Below, piece by piece: positions 46,271 through 59,207 of a DNA stretch of 64,000 nt (position 1 is the stretch's first letter; each line of letters opens with the position of its first letter). The DNA lies in IMG/VR virus record IMGVR_UViG_3300016670_000048, positions 22,181 through 86,180 of that record. One strand, given 5' to 3'. A program made the position numbers and the translations under genes. The stretch comes from a virus. Taxonomy: Duplodnaviria; Caudoviricetes. The notes below the pieces were generated by a model, which saw only the letters and a list, made by a program, of their open reading frames with translations, was not told the DNA's origin and did not search any database.

Positions 46271-46299
46271 TTGCTTTCCACAAATCTGTAGCGTAGAAT
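46271..46299 (+). promoter_or_regulatory. divergent sigma70-like promoter for accessory genes
   Basis: TTGCTT-17-TAGAAT. Confidence 0.7.
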
Positions 46300-46338
46300 T
46301 GGTTCATCAAATAGAGAAACACCTAAAGGAGAGAAGAA

Positions 46339-49209
46339 ATGAAAACATACGAACTGAAAATTGAACCTTGCCACACAGATAACGAGAAGATCTATCGCAC
46401 CAAAGGTCACCATAGTGCAGACGATTTCCTTAAGGCTTTGAAAGAATATGGTGTAGATATTACCTATTACACAGTTCCTGAACAGATTTATATTAAGACT
46501 ACTCCCGCACATAAAGATTCGTGGTGCTCTGCCCACTATAACATCGTAGACAAGTCTGTTCGTGGAGCTTATCCTTGCACTTATGTTAGGGAATATGGGG
46601 AGGTCTATAATGAAGATTGATTATGTTATGGTGTTTCTTGTTGGTGTTTGTTTTGGAGCAATTCTTCAATATTGGTCTTAGGAGGTCTAAACTATGAAAG
46701 ATCCAGTCAAGCATTGCAGCCTGTACAAAGAGGAGGGCTGTACCCATGTAGATGGGATGTTGTGTGATTTTGAAACTTGTTCAATGCGAATTGGTTATGA
46801 TAATAAATATATTGCACTGCTGAAACTTGTGACAGATCACAACCAAGCATGCGATTCTGAGTGTAGTGCTAACGCAAAGTATTGTATTGATTATTTGGCT
46901 GTTGGGCGTAGATGCTCAGGTTGTCCTAAGTATTACAAGGTAGATATTTAATCATGCGCTACTCAAAAGGTCGTTGGACAGCTAGCTACCGGGACACTTA
47001 TAGCCTCGATATGACCCTACCCCCAATCATCTACGCCGGACTATCTAAATTCCACTCAGTGTTGGAACAAAAGAACCGCGAAGGGAAGTGTCTAGGCGTT
47101 CCTAACGAATACTGTGCAAACCCCGATGTAGACGTAACAGACCAAGAAATACAAAATTGGCTAGACGACATCAAGAAGATGATGTATGCTTTCGAGAACA
47201 AAGAGCCTGATATGAGCTTGTATAATTTCAAGCTTACGATGGTGCCTGTGGAATGTGAGCTTGCAAAATCTTATGAAGGTAAATTCGGCAAGTCATACAC
47301 AATCGAGTGTGATAATCTGGAAGAGAAAGCTAGATATTATGTGGATTGTGATGAGCATGAGAGGTTGGTGCAAGAGGGGCTTGATTTGTTCAGTCAGAAA
47401 TACCGCTCGTTGTGGTGGTAAATTAATAGGAGAAGACGAATGAGGGTCGTAATAGATAAGAGCTTTCTGCTTGAAGATGCGAATAAAGAAGATATTGATT
47501 TTTTAAAGGGTTGCACCATCTTCCATCAAATTGAGGGTACGGGAGATGTGACAATCATTGAGCAGAAAATAGACTTGTCAGAGGACTACATGGAAGCATT
47601 TCTTGATATCGTAGACTGGGCTTGTAGAGGTACAATTACTTTGGAAAGATACGCAACAGGACGTTATGGATTGAAACTCTCATGACAATCCTCCTAGCAT
47701 GGTCCGTGTGTGCCATTTGCAGCTTTTCATTGGGCAAATCCTACATAGAAAACCTCTTCCGTCCCTTCGGAGGGCTGCCATCAGTCTGTAGACGTATCTG
47801 GCTGGAAGACCCTGAAAACACCGCCAAAGATAGACAGTCTTTGAATGAAATGCCAGATGGATTCATTGCAGCAGTCCTTTATACAATACTTCTTGTGCTG
47901 AACCTTATGTTGTGGCCACTTGTATTGTCTGTTATCATCTGGCTTAAGATATTTCCATTGGATACAGAAGAGTTGGAGGAGTATAGGGAATGATTGATCT
48001 ACCAATTACAAAATTCAGGGCATGGGCAATTGATCTTGTCTATACTGACGGCGATGAAGTTACAGCCTATTGGGATGAAGTTGCTGGTGTCTATTGCTGG
48101 AATAGTTGGAGTGTCCCTCGCAGGGGTATTCGAGAAGTAGTTATACCAGACAATACCTTTCAAAAGGGAGGAGTAAAATCTCACTCAGAAATTTATCTTG
48201 TTGAGATTACTCGAACACCTCGTATAGAAGAAACAGTTTCAGTGGAGAAGCTAGTCAAATGAAAATCCGAATCTGCCAAATGACCTACCCATCCAAGAAA
48301 CCATTCCGCGTGTTCTACGGGAAAGAAAAGCTTGCAGAGTTCTCTACAAAAGAGAGTGCTGAGGAATTTGCTAAGATTTATTTAGTGCCTCCTTATACGA
48401 TGCAGACAAATGTGTGGTATAAACGATGAATTATGAATTCTCGCATAAAGGTGCATAATTTATGAAAGTTTGTTGTAGTAATGGAAAACTATACGATTCG
48501 TTGACAGAGTTTGAACGTCTTGGTGGATGCAACAACGATCATTGCTTTGGTCCTATTGAAGAATATGTCTATTTACAATTCTGTGGGACATTCCACACAA
48601 ATGAATGTACAAGCTCAGATGATTTAGCTAAACTACTAAGACAACCTAATTGGGAAGACTGGATTGCCTCGCAGATTGAAGAGGAAGGGTTTGACAAGTA
48701 TAAAGAGTGGTATGCTAGGATGCTTCAACGTGGAGCTATCTGCGACGAGATGATTGAAGCTCATAATATAATGTTTATGGAGGAATGATGAAACCACAAG
48801 AGATTGACAAACTAGTTCAACTTGACCCTAATGGTATGAACGGAACTATCATGCAAACTCTTCTTCACCCTGAAGTGAATGAGATTCCTTTTGCAGATGC
48901 TTTGTATCATTTGTTGAGCAAGACTCTTGAAGAACGAGCTTATTATGAGAAAATGTATCAGAAGTTCTTTAATGTGCTTACAGCGAATGGTTTGATGACT
49001 AATGAATTGCTTGGATTGGAGGAGAAATGAAAATTACAGACGAACAAAAGAAAGCAATCTATACAGCTTATATGAAATGGGCAACTCAGCTATTTGACGA
49101 CCTTGAGGATAAGAGTGTGATTACGGCTGAGGAGCTGGTCTATAAGGTGTTGAGTTTGGTGGAATCATCTCTGACAGAACAGGAATTAGATGAAGAATAT
49201 GTGAAGTAA
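46339..49209 (+). other. cluster of about 9 small hypothetical ORFs (46339, 46694, 46954, 47440, 47682, 47990, 48462, 48785, 49027)
   Basis: Contiguous ORFs with RBSs; 47682..47993 has TM segments. Confidence 0.7.
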
Positions 49210-49340
49210 AATGTGTAGACTATTTTGAGAAAAAGCTTTACATCAAGCGGTTTGTATGAGATTCTAGGGTTGTGGGAAATTGCTGGGAAATGTGAAGTGA
49301 AGAAGGCGGTATAATTTAAATTATTGAAGGAAATACTAAT

Positions 49341-50120
49341 ATGGGAAGTCGCGAGAAAGCTATCTTGAGTCTGGTTGACGGTGAGGAAGTATTCAGCACA
49401 CGTAAGAAATCTCGTGCTGATAAAAAACCAACTCAATCAAACCGTACAGATGAATGTTATGGAGTTCGTTCATTTGTTCCTACAATCTGGCAGAAGGAGG
49501 CACTTGATGTAATTGAAGCTCACGATATCACTTTTGTGGACTCGGTAGCCGGTACGGGTAAAACGACGATGGCTTTGTATTACGCGTGCAAAGAGTATCT
49601 TGCAGATGTAAATAAACAAATTGTGTTTGTGCGTACTCCTGCTGAAGTTGGTCCTGACCGGATTGGATTTCTTCCCGGATCGGCAAAGACAGATTCTGAG
49701 AACAAACTTGGTCCACACTTTGAGTCTACCAAAGCTTTGCTGCAAGACTTTATTGGTAAGAACAAGATGGATGCAGACGAGGGTAAACGCATTCACTTCT
49801 CAATTCCAAATTTTGAACTCGGGAAGACACGAGAGAACACCGTATATATTTTGGACGAATGTCAGCTCCTACAACCACTGATTTTGAAACTGTTGCTGGA
49901 ACGGATTGGTCACGGTACAAAAACTATTGTACTTGGTTCTAGTGGTCAGCTTTACACAACTGATCGTGGACGTAATGGCTTGCGGGACGCTTACGCTCGG
50001 TTTTTCACACAAGATATGGAAAAGAAATACGAACGTATTGGTCATTACAAGTTTCCACTGGACGCTATCCAGCGTGCTGATGTTGTACGGGATGTTATTG
50101 AGGCTTATGAGAATGAGTAA
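49341..50120 (+). CDS. phoH: PhoH-family ATPase
   Basis: VAGTGKT, IGFLPG, ILDECQ, IQRADVVR. Confidence 0.92.
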   Translation: MGSREKAILSLVDGEEVFSTRKKSRADKKPTQSNRTDECYGVRSFVPTIWQKEALDVIEAHDITFVDSVAGTGKTTMALYYACKEYLADVNKQIVFVRTPAEVGPDRIGFLPGSAKTDSENKLGPHFESTKALLQDFIGKNKMDADEGKRIHFSIPNFELGKTRENTVYILDECQLLQPLILKLLLERIGHGTKTIVLGSSGQLYTTDRGRNGLRDAYARFFTQDMEKKYERIGHYKFPLDAIQRADVVRDVIEAYENE

Positions 50121-50129
50121 GGAGGAAGT

Positions 50130-50897
50130 TTGACGGATATAAATGGAAATAAACTACATAAAAATGCAATTGACTGGGAAGGACAGGTAATCGGAAGACT
50201 TGTGATAAAGAAGTTAATTGGCAGGCACAAAACTAGGAAAACCCTTCTGTGGGAAGCCGACTGTTCATGTGGTAACAGTACTGAAGTTACATCAGCAGAA
50301 CTTTCAGCTCAGCATACTAAGTCGTGTGGGTGTCTGTGGAAAGAGATGCTTGAAGAGCGGAATAAAGAGTTCGCTGAAAAATACCAAACTCATGGGATGA
50401 GCGGAACTGTAGAACAGAAGGCTTGGAAAAGGATTAAACAAAGATGTCTAAATCCTAACTCGGCGGAATATGAGATTTACTCTAAGATTGGTATTTCTGA
50501 ATCCTTCGCTGAAAGCTTTATGAACTTCTACAATGATATTGGTCCTGTACCGCAAGACTTTAAAGGGCGTGTTTCAGTAGACAGAAAAGAAAATTCATTA
50601 GGGTATGTTGAGGGGAATGTTCGTTGGGCAAATGATGATATGCAGGCACGGAACAAAGGGATGTATTCTAGTAATAAAAGCGGCATAAATGGAGTCAGGC
50701 TTCATGAAAATAAGAACGGTACGCGATATTGGTGTGCCACTTGGTATCCGCTATCAGGTAAACATAAAAGTAAATACTTTTCTATAGCTAAGTACGGAGA
50801 TGAACTGGCTTTCTTTGCGGCATGTGAATATCGTAGTTTGATGATTGAGCGTTTAAATATGGTGGGTGCTGGATATGCCCATGATCATGGTAAGTGA
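50130..50897 (+). CDS. HNH-like/AP2 homing endonuclease
   Basis: DCSCG, KSCGC, WKRIKQRC, SVDRKEN...NVRWA, NKSGINGV. Confidence 0.88.
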   Translation: MTDINGNKLHKNAIDWEGQVIGRLVIKKLIGRHKTRKTLLWEADCSCGNSTEVTSAELSAQHTKSCGCLWKEMLEERNKEFAEKYQTHGMSGTVEQKAWKRIKQRCLNPNSAEYEIYSKIGISESFAESFMNFYNDIGPVPQDFKGRVSVDRKENSLGYVEGNVRWANDDMQARNKGMYSSNKSGINGVRLHENKNGTRYWCATWYPLSGKHKSKYFSIAKYGDELAFFAACEYRSLMIERLNMVGAGYAHDHGK

Positions 50898-50907
50898 GGA
50901 ATAATTT

Positions 50908-51669
50908 ATGAGCGAAGAAACCTTTATCCCAATGTTCCCACCAAAGAACATTTTTACAACCGAAGTTCGTGGTCAGCAACATACATACTACCTTACTGGT
51001 CCTATCACTGAACCAGAAAACTATGTAGACTTGTGTAATATCCTCCGTACATCCGGAGCACAAGATGAAATTATCATCCGCATCAATAGTCGAGGTGGCA
51101 TGGTATCATCGGAACGAATGATTGTGACAGCGATGGAAGAGTCCGAGGCTAATGTTGTCGCATTTATTGAATATGATTGTATGTCAGCGGCCACAGGTAT
51201 CTTCTTGGCAGCAAAACAGCACGGATGGGCTAAACATATCCAGTTCATGGCACACTGTTCATGGTGGGGCAGTATTGGTAAAAACCCGGATATCAAGAGT
51301 CAGACAGAGTTTGGCATTAAACAAATGGAAGAGGAGATTGTCTCCACGTATACTGGACTGTTGAGTGACGAGGAAATTTCTCAACTAAACGAAGGTAAAG
51401 AATTCTGGTTCGGTGCAAAAGAACTTGAACGGCGTATGGAAAGTTTCTACGAATATCGTCAAAGCCTGCCTTGCCCTTGTGGCGATGAAAATTGTTCAAA
51501 TAACCCACAACAAGAAGAGGATTTTGACGACTTCCCAGAATTCAACTTGGAAGAACTCGTAGAAAAAGCTGTCCAAGCTGGTGTAACCAAAGCTCTTGCT
51601 GCAAGGGATGCAAAGGAACGCAAAGCTTCTCGCCCAAAGAAACCTGAAGCTGAAGCAATTATAAAATAA
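50908..51669 (+). CDS. ClpP-like protease
   Basis: INSRGG, CMSAATGIFL, FMAH, EFWFGA. Confidence 0.85.
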   Translation: MSEETFIPMFPPKNIFTTEVRGQQHTYYLTGPITEPENYVDLCNILRTSGAQDEIIIRINSRGGMVSSERMIVTAMEESEANVVAFIEYDCMSAATGIFLAAKQHGWAKHIQFMAHCSWWGSIGKNPDIKSQTEFGIKQMEEEIVSTYTGLLSDEEISQLNEGKEFWFGAKELERRMESFYEYRQSLPCPCGDENCSNNPQQEEDFDDFPEFNLEELVEKAVQAGVTKALAARDAKERKASRPKKPEAEAIIK

Positions 51670-51672
51670 CTC

Positions 51673-51701
51673 TGGACAAACCTCTGTGCCTGACCTAGAA
51701 T
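51673..51701 (+). promoter_or_regulatory. sigma70-like promoter
   Basis: TGGACA-17-TAGAAT. Confidence 0.6.
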
Positions 51702-51747
51702 ACGTTCTACAAAGGCACATTTAAACAAATTAATAGGAGAGAATATT

Positions 51748-53177
51748 ATGTACACTGAACAAGAATTGAATGACGCAGTATTCAAAGTTGTAGAACAGAA
51801 CAAGATTCCATATACACAAGATGGTCTTGACTTTCTACTAAAAGAAACTATTAACCTTCTGCCTAAACGTGAAGTAGTTTTTCAAATTGAGTGTATTGAA
51901 GATATGTCTGTACAAGATCGTGAAGAACGTAAGTTGCCTAAGATTACTGTGACATACCAATGAAAAATATCTTCGACACTCTATATGAAGTCCCAGACGC
52001 CGACGACCACCCTGACCCATGCTTTGATGTTGACCCATGTATTTATTTAGAGCTTGATTTAGTTTCGAACTGTATTGATTGAGGAGAAATGATTTGAATT
52101 ACGAAGAAATCGGAATTGAACAACTTGAGTCATCCATTGAGCATTGGCTTCTCGGAGACGAGCAAGACTGTGTGGAAAACCTAGGAGAAGATTTGACTAG
52201 CGCTGTTAAGGAGGCTTTGAATTATGAGTAGAGAAGAGTATGATGAATGTATCAGTAAGTTGGAGACTGGAACCACTTACGAAAAACTTCAAGCAACCAT
52301 ACTCCTCTCAATACTGCCGACTTATAATAGTAAAATTCCTGTTGAAGAGGGTATGGCTAAGATTGATGAGGCTGTGAGGAGTTTTAAATATGAGTGACAT
52401 AGACCAGCTTACTAAAGAGTTTATGCTGATGTGTGTAGAACAACAGAAAAGAATTCAACCACATCCAAGTGACAACGAGTATTTGCAAGGGATGATTATT
52501 CAATTGACCGGGAAAATGTTTCAATTGGAGGCACGCGTTAAGGAGTTGGAAAATGACTGACTATGATCTTTGGTTAGATGAAAATCTAGAAGATTGGTAC
52601 TCCGAAGACGAAGACAGCCAAGAACAAGATTGGAATGATTACGAACCAAACGAATATCCAGATGAGGAGTTGGATTGATGGCTGAGAAGAAAGAATTAAA
52701 AGTCACGACTGTATCCTTTGAAGACTTTACTGCTTACGACTATATTTGTCAGGCTGCTTTCTACTTCAAAGATGCGCTTGGTCAAATTCACATGCTGCAC
52801 AGCTCTAAGCGTGAAGAATGTCAAGCGTGGGTGGATTTGAATTATCCGCCGAAGGGTAAATATAAAGTTATCGCTAGCCGTGAACAGAAGACAAAGAGTC
52901 GGCAAGAGTCAGGTGAATATTCGGCTGTTGGGGTTTCTACACGAAGGGGTCAAAAGAAATGAGTTATACGATTACATATAAAGAAGAAACAGAGATGTTC
53001 TATATGAATGACAAACCCGAACCCTTGATCGGTTATCATTTAGAAGCAATTGGTAAGGAACTTAAAATTCAAGACATGGATAACGCTCTATCAGAAAGCC
53101 AGATGCTCAGTATCTTGTATTCGCACGGTGTTGAAGTTAATCTTCTTGAGGAAGATGGTTCTCGGATGGAATGGTAA
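51748..53177 (+). other. cluster of small hypothetical ORFs (51748, 52675, 52959 and several <60 aa)
   Basis: Contiguous ORFs with RBSs. Confidence 0.65.
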
Positions 53178-53602
53178 TGAAGGATAAAGAATACAACACA
53201 TATTTTGATTTCGCCTGTCGTGTGGCACTAAACTCCTATGCTGAACGCAAGAAGGTGGGAAGCTGCTTGATCACCCCAGACGAAGTAGTTCTTATTGGAT
53301 GGAATGGCACTAGTAAAGGCTTTGATAATAAATGTGAGGATGAGTATGGAGGTACACTTAGCACCGTCCTACATTCAGAATCTAACGCCATTATGAAGGC
53401 AACCAAGGCAGGTATAAGCCTGAAAGGCAGCACAATCTTCACGACATTGAGCCCTTGCCAAGCTTGCAGTAATTTGATTGTACAGGCAGGGATTACTAAG
53501 GTAGTATATGGAGAGGTGTACAGAGACACGGCACCATTAGAATTCCTCAAAAAATGTAATGTTCATGTAGAACAATTTAAAGGAGAACAAAATGCACTCT
53601 AA
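53177..53602 (+). CDS. dCMP deaminase
   Basis: HSESNAI, SPCQAC zinc-deaminase motifs. Confidence 0.92.
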   Translation: MKDKEYNTYFDFACRVALNSYAERKKVGSCLITPDEVVLIGWNGTSKGFDNKCEDEYGGTLSTVLHSESNAIMKATKAGISLKGSTIFTTLSPCQACSNLIVQAGITKVVYGEVYRDTAPLEFLKKCNVHVEQFKGEQNAL

Positions 53603-55630
53603 AGCTAGCAAGTGGGATTCAGAAGAAATTCTCGACACTAAGAAACTCCAATTATTCGCCCTAGACGAATTCATGTCAGCATTAAAATATGAGCGAATTA
53701 AATGGGCTTATGGCCCTATTACATATCAAAGTTGGCATCGTAAAAATAAAGGTCGAAATATTATTTCATTCAAAAGCGCTGTTGGGTTATATAATAACAA
53801 TTCTGTAAAATGCCTATTCGGTAAACCCCCTGTCACCCTTAGTCTGTGGAGCTTCGATGATTACACTGTTGCTAAGGCTAAAGCAGCTCGTCCATTAAAG
53901 AGTATTAAACTTCAATTCTGCAAAAAGACCAATCAGATTATTGTTCAAGACCATCGTGTTCAATTTACTTGTAGCTCATATAAGAACCTTTTCCTCAACA
54001 ATAAGCATCTATGAGGTGATATATGAACCCTAGGACAACAGTGTTGCTATTCGAATCCGGCTCGTGGTGCTGGTCAGAGGACTATCATCTAGCTGTGCAC
54101 AAAGATCTCGGACGATATGAGGAAGTGTATTTTGCAAAGGGTTGGCAGGACTGTGAGGTCGAAGAAGTTATCTCTGAATACTATAGAGCTAATCTATTAG
54201 AGTTGTTTCCATAATGAATATTTATAAGGGCCTTGGATATTGTTTCCTTGGCCCTTTTGTTTTATTCTGTAGTTACAAATTCAAAGGAAGTCTTATGAAA
54301 CAGTTCGAAGGATTATCTGATTTCTTTCTTAATGCTACTGAAGAAGAGAAAACAGAGGTATATCTTAAAGTCATTGAAGAAGCTAATAAACAACAAATTG
54401 AAATTATTGAGGCAGCAAAGGAGAAAGAAGAAGATGGCATTTTGTAGATGGTCTAGTATGGATTGGGCGTGTGATTTGTATTGCTACGAGTCATCACAGG
54501 GTTTTGTTACGCATGTAGCTGAGCAGAAAGTGATCGGCGACATACCAAAGGTGGATTCATCTCTTTTCCTAAATTTCACTGATGAAAACAGCGAGAAGTT
54601 CTTTGAACAACAGAAAGCTCAATTTGATTTCCTAGAAACTGCTGAACGTAAGTCAATTGGTTTGAAGTACGATGGGCAGACATTCTATGATGACAAAGAT
54701 ACTTTCTTATCTAGATTGAAAATGCTTCGTGAAGAAGGGTATAGGTTTCCAGAGATTACAGAGGAGGATCTAGAGTGAATAGGTCTGATTGGTTTGAGGG
54801 ATTACTGTGGGCCGAGGACATGTGTTCGGTAGGAGAAGGTTGGGGTGCTGTACCAGTTAAAATTATGCTAGGCTATGCACATGAGGAGTCAGCCTGCTAT
54901 GAATCACCAGAAGATTTCTTTGATGGAGCACACAGTTATGCAGAACATGTTTGGAAAATATTGAATAAGTTGGGTAAGTAATGACCAAAAATAAGCTAAA
55001 GAAAGATCTAGAACTAATCCACCGACACCTAACCCGAGCAGAAGTGGTTATGGAAAAGATTGCAGACAAACTTGGCATTGACAGGCACGCCTACCTTGAA
55101 ATGACTCTATATGAGATAGAGGAGTTACTGAAGTTATTCGGAGACACTAATGAACCTAGTGAAACAAAGAATTAAATGGGAATACGAATATGCTTTTGGT
55201 AAACCTGTAGAATTCCAAGCATTCTTGGATTACAAGAAATACAGGCACACGGAAGACTTTAGACTTAACTTTGGATTGGAAGAATATTTTGAATACGTGA
55301 TATCTCTTGAAAACAAAATAGCCGAGCTTACTAGCTCAAGGTAGCATTAACATGAAACTCTCTACACCAATAATTCTTTCCTTTACAATCCTTGCAACAG
55401 GTTGTACAATTCACCAACCAAAGCAAGCTGATAGGGTTGGTCCCGGAACATTCTATGCTAAATGGCAGAAGGAAGTGATGGAAGCCTGTTCTGACAAGGC
55501 TGCTGAAGTTGTTCTAAAGTTTACAGCGGATAAATACAAGGAAGGGATTTTGTTGACGGAGAGTGAGATTGTTATGATTCATCAGGTATTGGTTAAGAAG
55601 TGTTCCCAGAATAGTGGGCTGGTTATATAA
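53592..55630 (+). other. cluster of small hypothetical ORFs (53592, 54023, 54214, 54332, 54775, 54981, 55150, 55352)
   Basis: Contiguous ORFs; 55352..55630 has a lipoprotein signal (LATGC). Confidence 0.65.
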
Positions 55631-55642
55631 TTGGAGAAATAG

Positions 55643-55972
55643 ATGTTAAAAATGTATGTTGCTGTACTAGATGCTGTTCCAGACTATATGGTGCCCACTC
55701 TTGTCGCTCATAGCGTGATCAATGGGCACAGATTGTTTGAAGGGAGTGCTGTTTATGATCAATGGCTGATTAGTTCATTTAAGAAAGTGGTGGTGCGTGT
55801 AAATAACAAAGAATTTGATAAAATAAGCTCTACATTGGAATGCTGGAAGGGACATGAGAATACAACTCTTGGTGGAATGCCTAGTTGTCTTGTAGTGATG
55901 CCAGTGGATAGTGATAATATTCCGAATGTATTGAAATTTGCTAAAATGTGGAAGCCTAGGGAGAATAATTGA
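55643..55972 (+). CDS. peptidyl-tRNA hydrolase 2 (Pth2)-like protein
   Basis: KMYVAV...VAHSV...W...FKKVVVRV pattern. Confidence 0.7.
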   Translation: MLKMYVAVLDAVPDYMVPTLVAHSVINGHRLFEGSAVYDQWLISSFKKVVVRVNNKEFDKISSTLECWKGHENTTLGGMPSCLVVMPVDSDNIPNVLKFAKMWKPRENN

Positions 55973-56334
55973 TGAGCAATCCATCGTTTACACCAATGAG
56001 TGAAGAGCAGCGAGAAGAAGTACGACTGAAAAGAATTGCTGATCAAGAGTCGGCTAAAGAGAATTTAAACACTTCCTACGCAGATGAACAATTTTGGCGT
56101 GAACAAAGTAGTTTGTTCGGAATCCGACTACCAATGTGGTGGAAGCCAGCTTCGGATACCAAATATGTAAGGCGTGCCTGTAAGAAACTTGGTATTGATG
56201 TTAAAGACTTCGTTGCCAGTACAGGATTCAGCAACATTAATCAATTTGTGCAGAATAATCCTCGGTGGAGTGCACTAGCTGTGGTAGGTTTGTGCATTGA
56301 GTACAAACTAAGTAAAGAATGCAGAGAAAACTAG
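55969..56334 (+). CDS. hypothetical protein
   Basis: 121 aa ORF with RBS. Confidence 0.75.
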   Translation: MMSNPSFTPMSEEQREEVRLKRIADQESAKENLNTSYADEQFWREQSSLFGIRLPMWWKPASDTKYVRRACKKLGIDVKDFVASTGFSNINQFVQNNPRWSALAVVGLCIEYKLSKECREN

Positions 56335-56578
56335 GAAAGTTGGCGTAGTTTTACTATAATAGAACGTAATTGACAAAGAAGTAGCCCGGTATTGGCTCCT
56401 AGGAGAATATGATGTTTTTAACCCTTTATTTTACCGTTGTACTTGTGATACTCTACACAGAGGCGAAAGATTGCTACATTGCTAATCGTAAATTTGAAGT
56501 TGGCTCAGAGCTTATTTTCTCATTTACTTGGCCAATCAGTCTTCCCTTGTCTATCTACACTATTTGGAAGGAAAAGAA

Positions 56579-57226
56579 GTGAAGGTTAATAAAAGAAACA
56601 AATTAGTTTGCGGTGTTGGTATTAATGATGCTGATTATCCCGTCCACGTATGTGAAATGGTGGACGGCAAGTGGAAGATCACTTGGAAATGTCCTTTCTA
56701 TATAAAGTGGCACGCAATGATGGAGCGGTGCTACAGTAAAAGCTTTATTCTAAAGCACCCTAGCTATATAGATTGCACGTCTGTCCCTGAGTGGCAGAGA
56801 TTTAGTAACTTTAAAGCTTGGATGCAAACACAAGATTGGGAAAGAAAGCATCTTGACAAGGATCTCTTGGTTTTCGGGAATAGGCTATACGGTCCTGATA
56901 CTTGTGTGTTTATTGAGAGTAGACTTAATCTGTTTTTAACAGACCACAAAGCAAAACGTGGCCTTTATCCCATTGGGGTAACTTTTGTACAAAGACCGAA
57001 AAGAAAACCTTACCGTGCGAAAGGTGTCTCTGTTGTAACGGGAAAGTATGAACATCTTGGATGCTTCAGTACACCAGAAGAAGCTCATGCTGCATGGCTT
57101 GCTTTTAAGTTAGAACAGGCGCACATTCTAGCTGCGGAGCAACCAGACGAAAGGGTGGCTAAAGCTTTAATTAAACGGTATGAAAATTATAAGGATGACC
57201 GCTTAAATGCAACCATACAATTGTGA
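56579..57226 (+). CDS. HNH homing endonuclease (AP2-like C-terminus)
   Basis: VCGVGIND, WHAMMERCY, LDKDLL...N..Y.PDTC, EEAHAAW; GTG start. Confidence 0.88.
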   Translation: MKVNKRNKLVCGVGINDADYPVHVCEMVDGKWKITWKCPFYIKWHAMMERCYSKSFILKHPSYIDCTSVPEWQRFSNFKAWMQTQDWERKHLDKDLLVFGNRLYGPDTCVFIESRLNLFLTDHKAKRGLYPIGVTFVQRPKRKPYRAKGVSVVTGKYEHLGCFSTPEEAHAAWLAFKLEQAHILAAEQPDERVAKALIKRYENYKDDRLNATIQL

Positions 57227-57382
57227 TAAAGAGTTGGTCAAAGATTTTCTTAAATGGGTCAGTGACAACCACAAGTGCGCCTTGGTAGCTTTTCCAGATG
57301 AATTTTCATACAATAAGTATGTGAACTATAAGTTTATAGATACGTGTAAGTTGTTAGATCAGTTTCTTGAGGAGAGAAAGGT

Positions 57383-58576
57383 ATGAAAATCAAACCAAAA
57401 GCTCCAATACCACCTCCAATGAGAGCACTCAAAGGATATACATGGGTGAATGAATGGGAACTCGTAGACTGGTATACTGACATGGGCATGCTTTACCCAA
57501 AGAACGTGTACGAGGATAGATTTGGCTGGTTATCTAGGTTGTTTAAAAGGGATTACCAGATTAAACTTGAGCATTCTTTAAGATTGAATAAGAAAATCCA
57601 TGAGGAGTATGTCAGGTTGGGGTTAAAATGAAACAATACACATGTATCAAATGCCTGCACAAAGGGCTGTGTTTACACACTTCCCTAAACAATATTGGAA
57701 AGGAGGGAACTATATGATTTGGTATTCAGGGTGTGAGCAGTGTGCTGGAGGGGTGTTTATTAAATGAAAACATTTGAAGAACGTATGCAATCCATAGAAG
57801 ACCAACTCAAAGAGATTCGTAAAGAGTTGGAAGAGACTCTTGCACTGTATAAGCAAGTTCAGAAACAAAGTGAACAGTGTTGTGAAGGTGGGTCTCAGTG
57901 GGGCCACACTTGGGATTGTAAGAATCAGCAGGGTTGAGGAGAGAAGTATGAAATCTAACGGCTGCAATGAAGATGGATGGGATTTGTATGAGGAACAAAC
58001 TAGACAAGAGTTTGAGTATTATGCTGTTCGTAGGGGCTATTCAGTGGTGAGGGATTCTGAATATAGTTTCTTTTATGCTGAAGAACATACCGAAGCTGCT
58101 TGGGAGATGTATCATCAGGGGCATATTAGTGGGAGGACTTGGAATGAGCATAGTACAATTTCCAACAAAGAAGCCTAGTATACACGAAATCAAAGTTCGT
58201 ATAGATGTTGCGGTTCTTGAAGATGGTTCTATGTGGTACAGAGTTGAGAATTTAAAAACTGGAGAATTCGGAGATTGGATTAAGAATGAATATTGAAGAA
58301 ATCATCAAAGGCATGTGGTGCAACTGCGGTATAGACCATGTTGAACCTAAATGGCACTCACTTGATTGCTCTTACAGGGCTGAATGGGAATTCCAGAAAG
58401 GTACAGTACACATGACGGAGAAAGAAAAGCGACTAGCTGAGAAGGTCACAGGTTGGAAAGCAGAACATGTAAAACAATACCATCCTGATGAATTGGATAG
58501 AATCTTTATGCAAAGAACAGAAGAAGCATACCACTATGGAAAACGAACGGAGAAAAGTAAACTGAATTATGACTGA
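57383..58576 (+). other. cluster of small hypothetical ORFs
   Basis: 57383..57631, 57949..58178, 58286..58576 and others with RBSs. Confidence 0.6.
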
Positions 58577-59141
58577 TGAAATAAAAGAGAAGGCTATTGC
58601 TTTAAGAAAGCAAGGTCTGACTTACGCACAAATATCAAGCGCCTTAGATGGCGCTATATCTATTGACTGGTGTAAAAGAAATCTAAAGGTTGTTGAATAC
58701 AAAAAAGCAGAAGATCCAATACTTGTGGAAATTATAGCTCTTGCAATCAGGCCCGAAGGCTGCACCAACTACGAACTAACTGGGATTGTAATGAAACACA
58801 ACCCTGAATTGATCGATAAGAAAGGAGCTTATATGAGTGCATACAAACGCAAAGCACGGGATAGGAATAAAAATTCACTCTTCCGCCCATCATGGATCAG
58901 TCCAACCAAAGCCTTTGAAAGCTCACAAGCTATGTACAGTATTGCTGATTCTATCTTTGAACGTATACAAGAAGCTGTACGTGACTACACTGATATGTTC
59001 CCAGAAGTAGTAGATAAGAAAGCAATCCTAGACGAGATAGTTAAAATATCTAATGCCCACTTAGTTAAAGAAGGGCTGAGTACAAGGCTTTCAAGGCATG
59101 AGGTGGTTGTGGAAAAGCTAATAGATAGACACTCTGTGTGA
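58569..59141 (+). CDS. HTH DNA-binding protein
   Basis: AIALRKQGLTYAQISSAL...DWCKRNL. Confidence 0.7.
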   Translation: MTDEIKEKAIALRKQGLTYAQISSALDGAISIDWCKRNLKVVEYKKAEDPILVEIIALAIRPEGCTNYELTGIVMKHNPELIDKKGAYMSAYKRKARDRNKNSLFRPSWISPTKAFESSQAMYSIADSIFERIQEAVRDYTDMFPEVVDKKAILDEIVKISNAHLVKEGLSTRLSRHEVVVEKLIDRHSV

Positions 59142-59207
59142 GGTGCACTTTGATGTGCTATTAAAGTAACAGTGCGGTGCACTATCTACTATTAATGTGG
59201 GTGCACT
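59142..59207. repeat. GGTGCACT x3
   Basis: Copies at 59142, 59176 and 59200. Confidence 0.7.
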
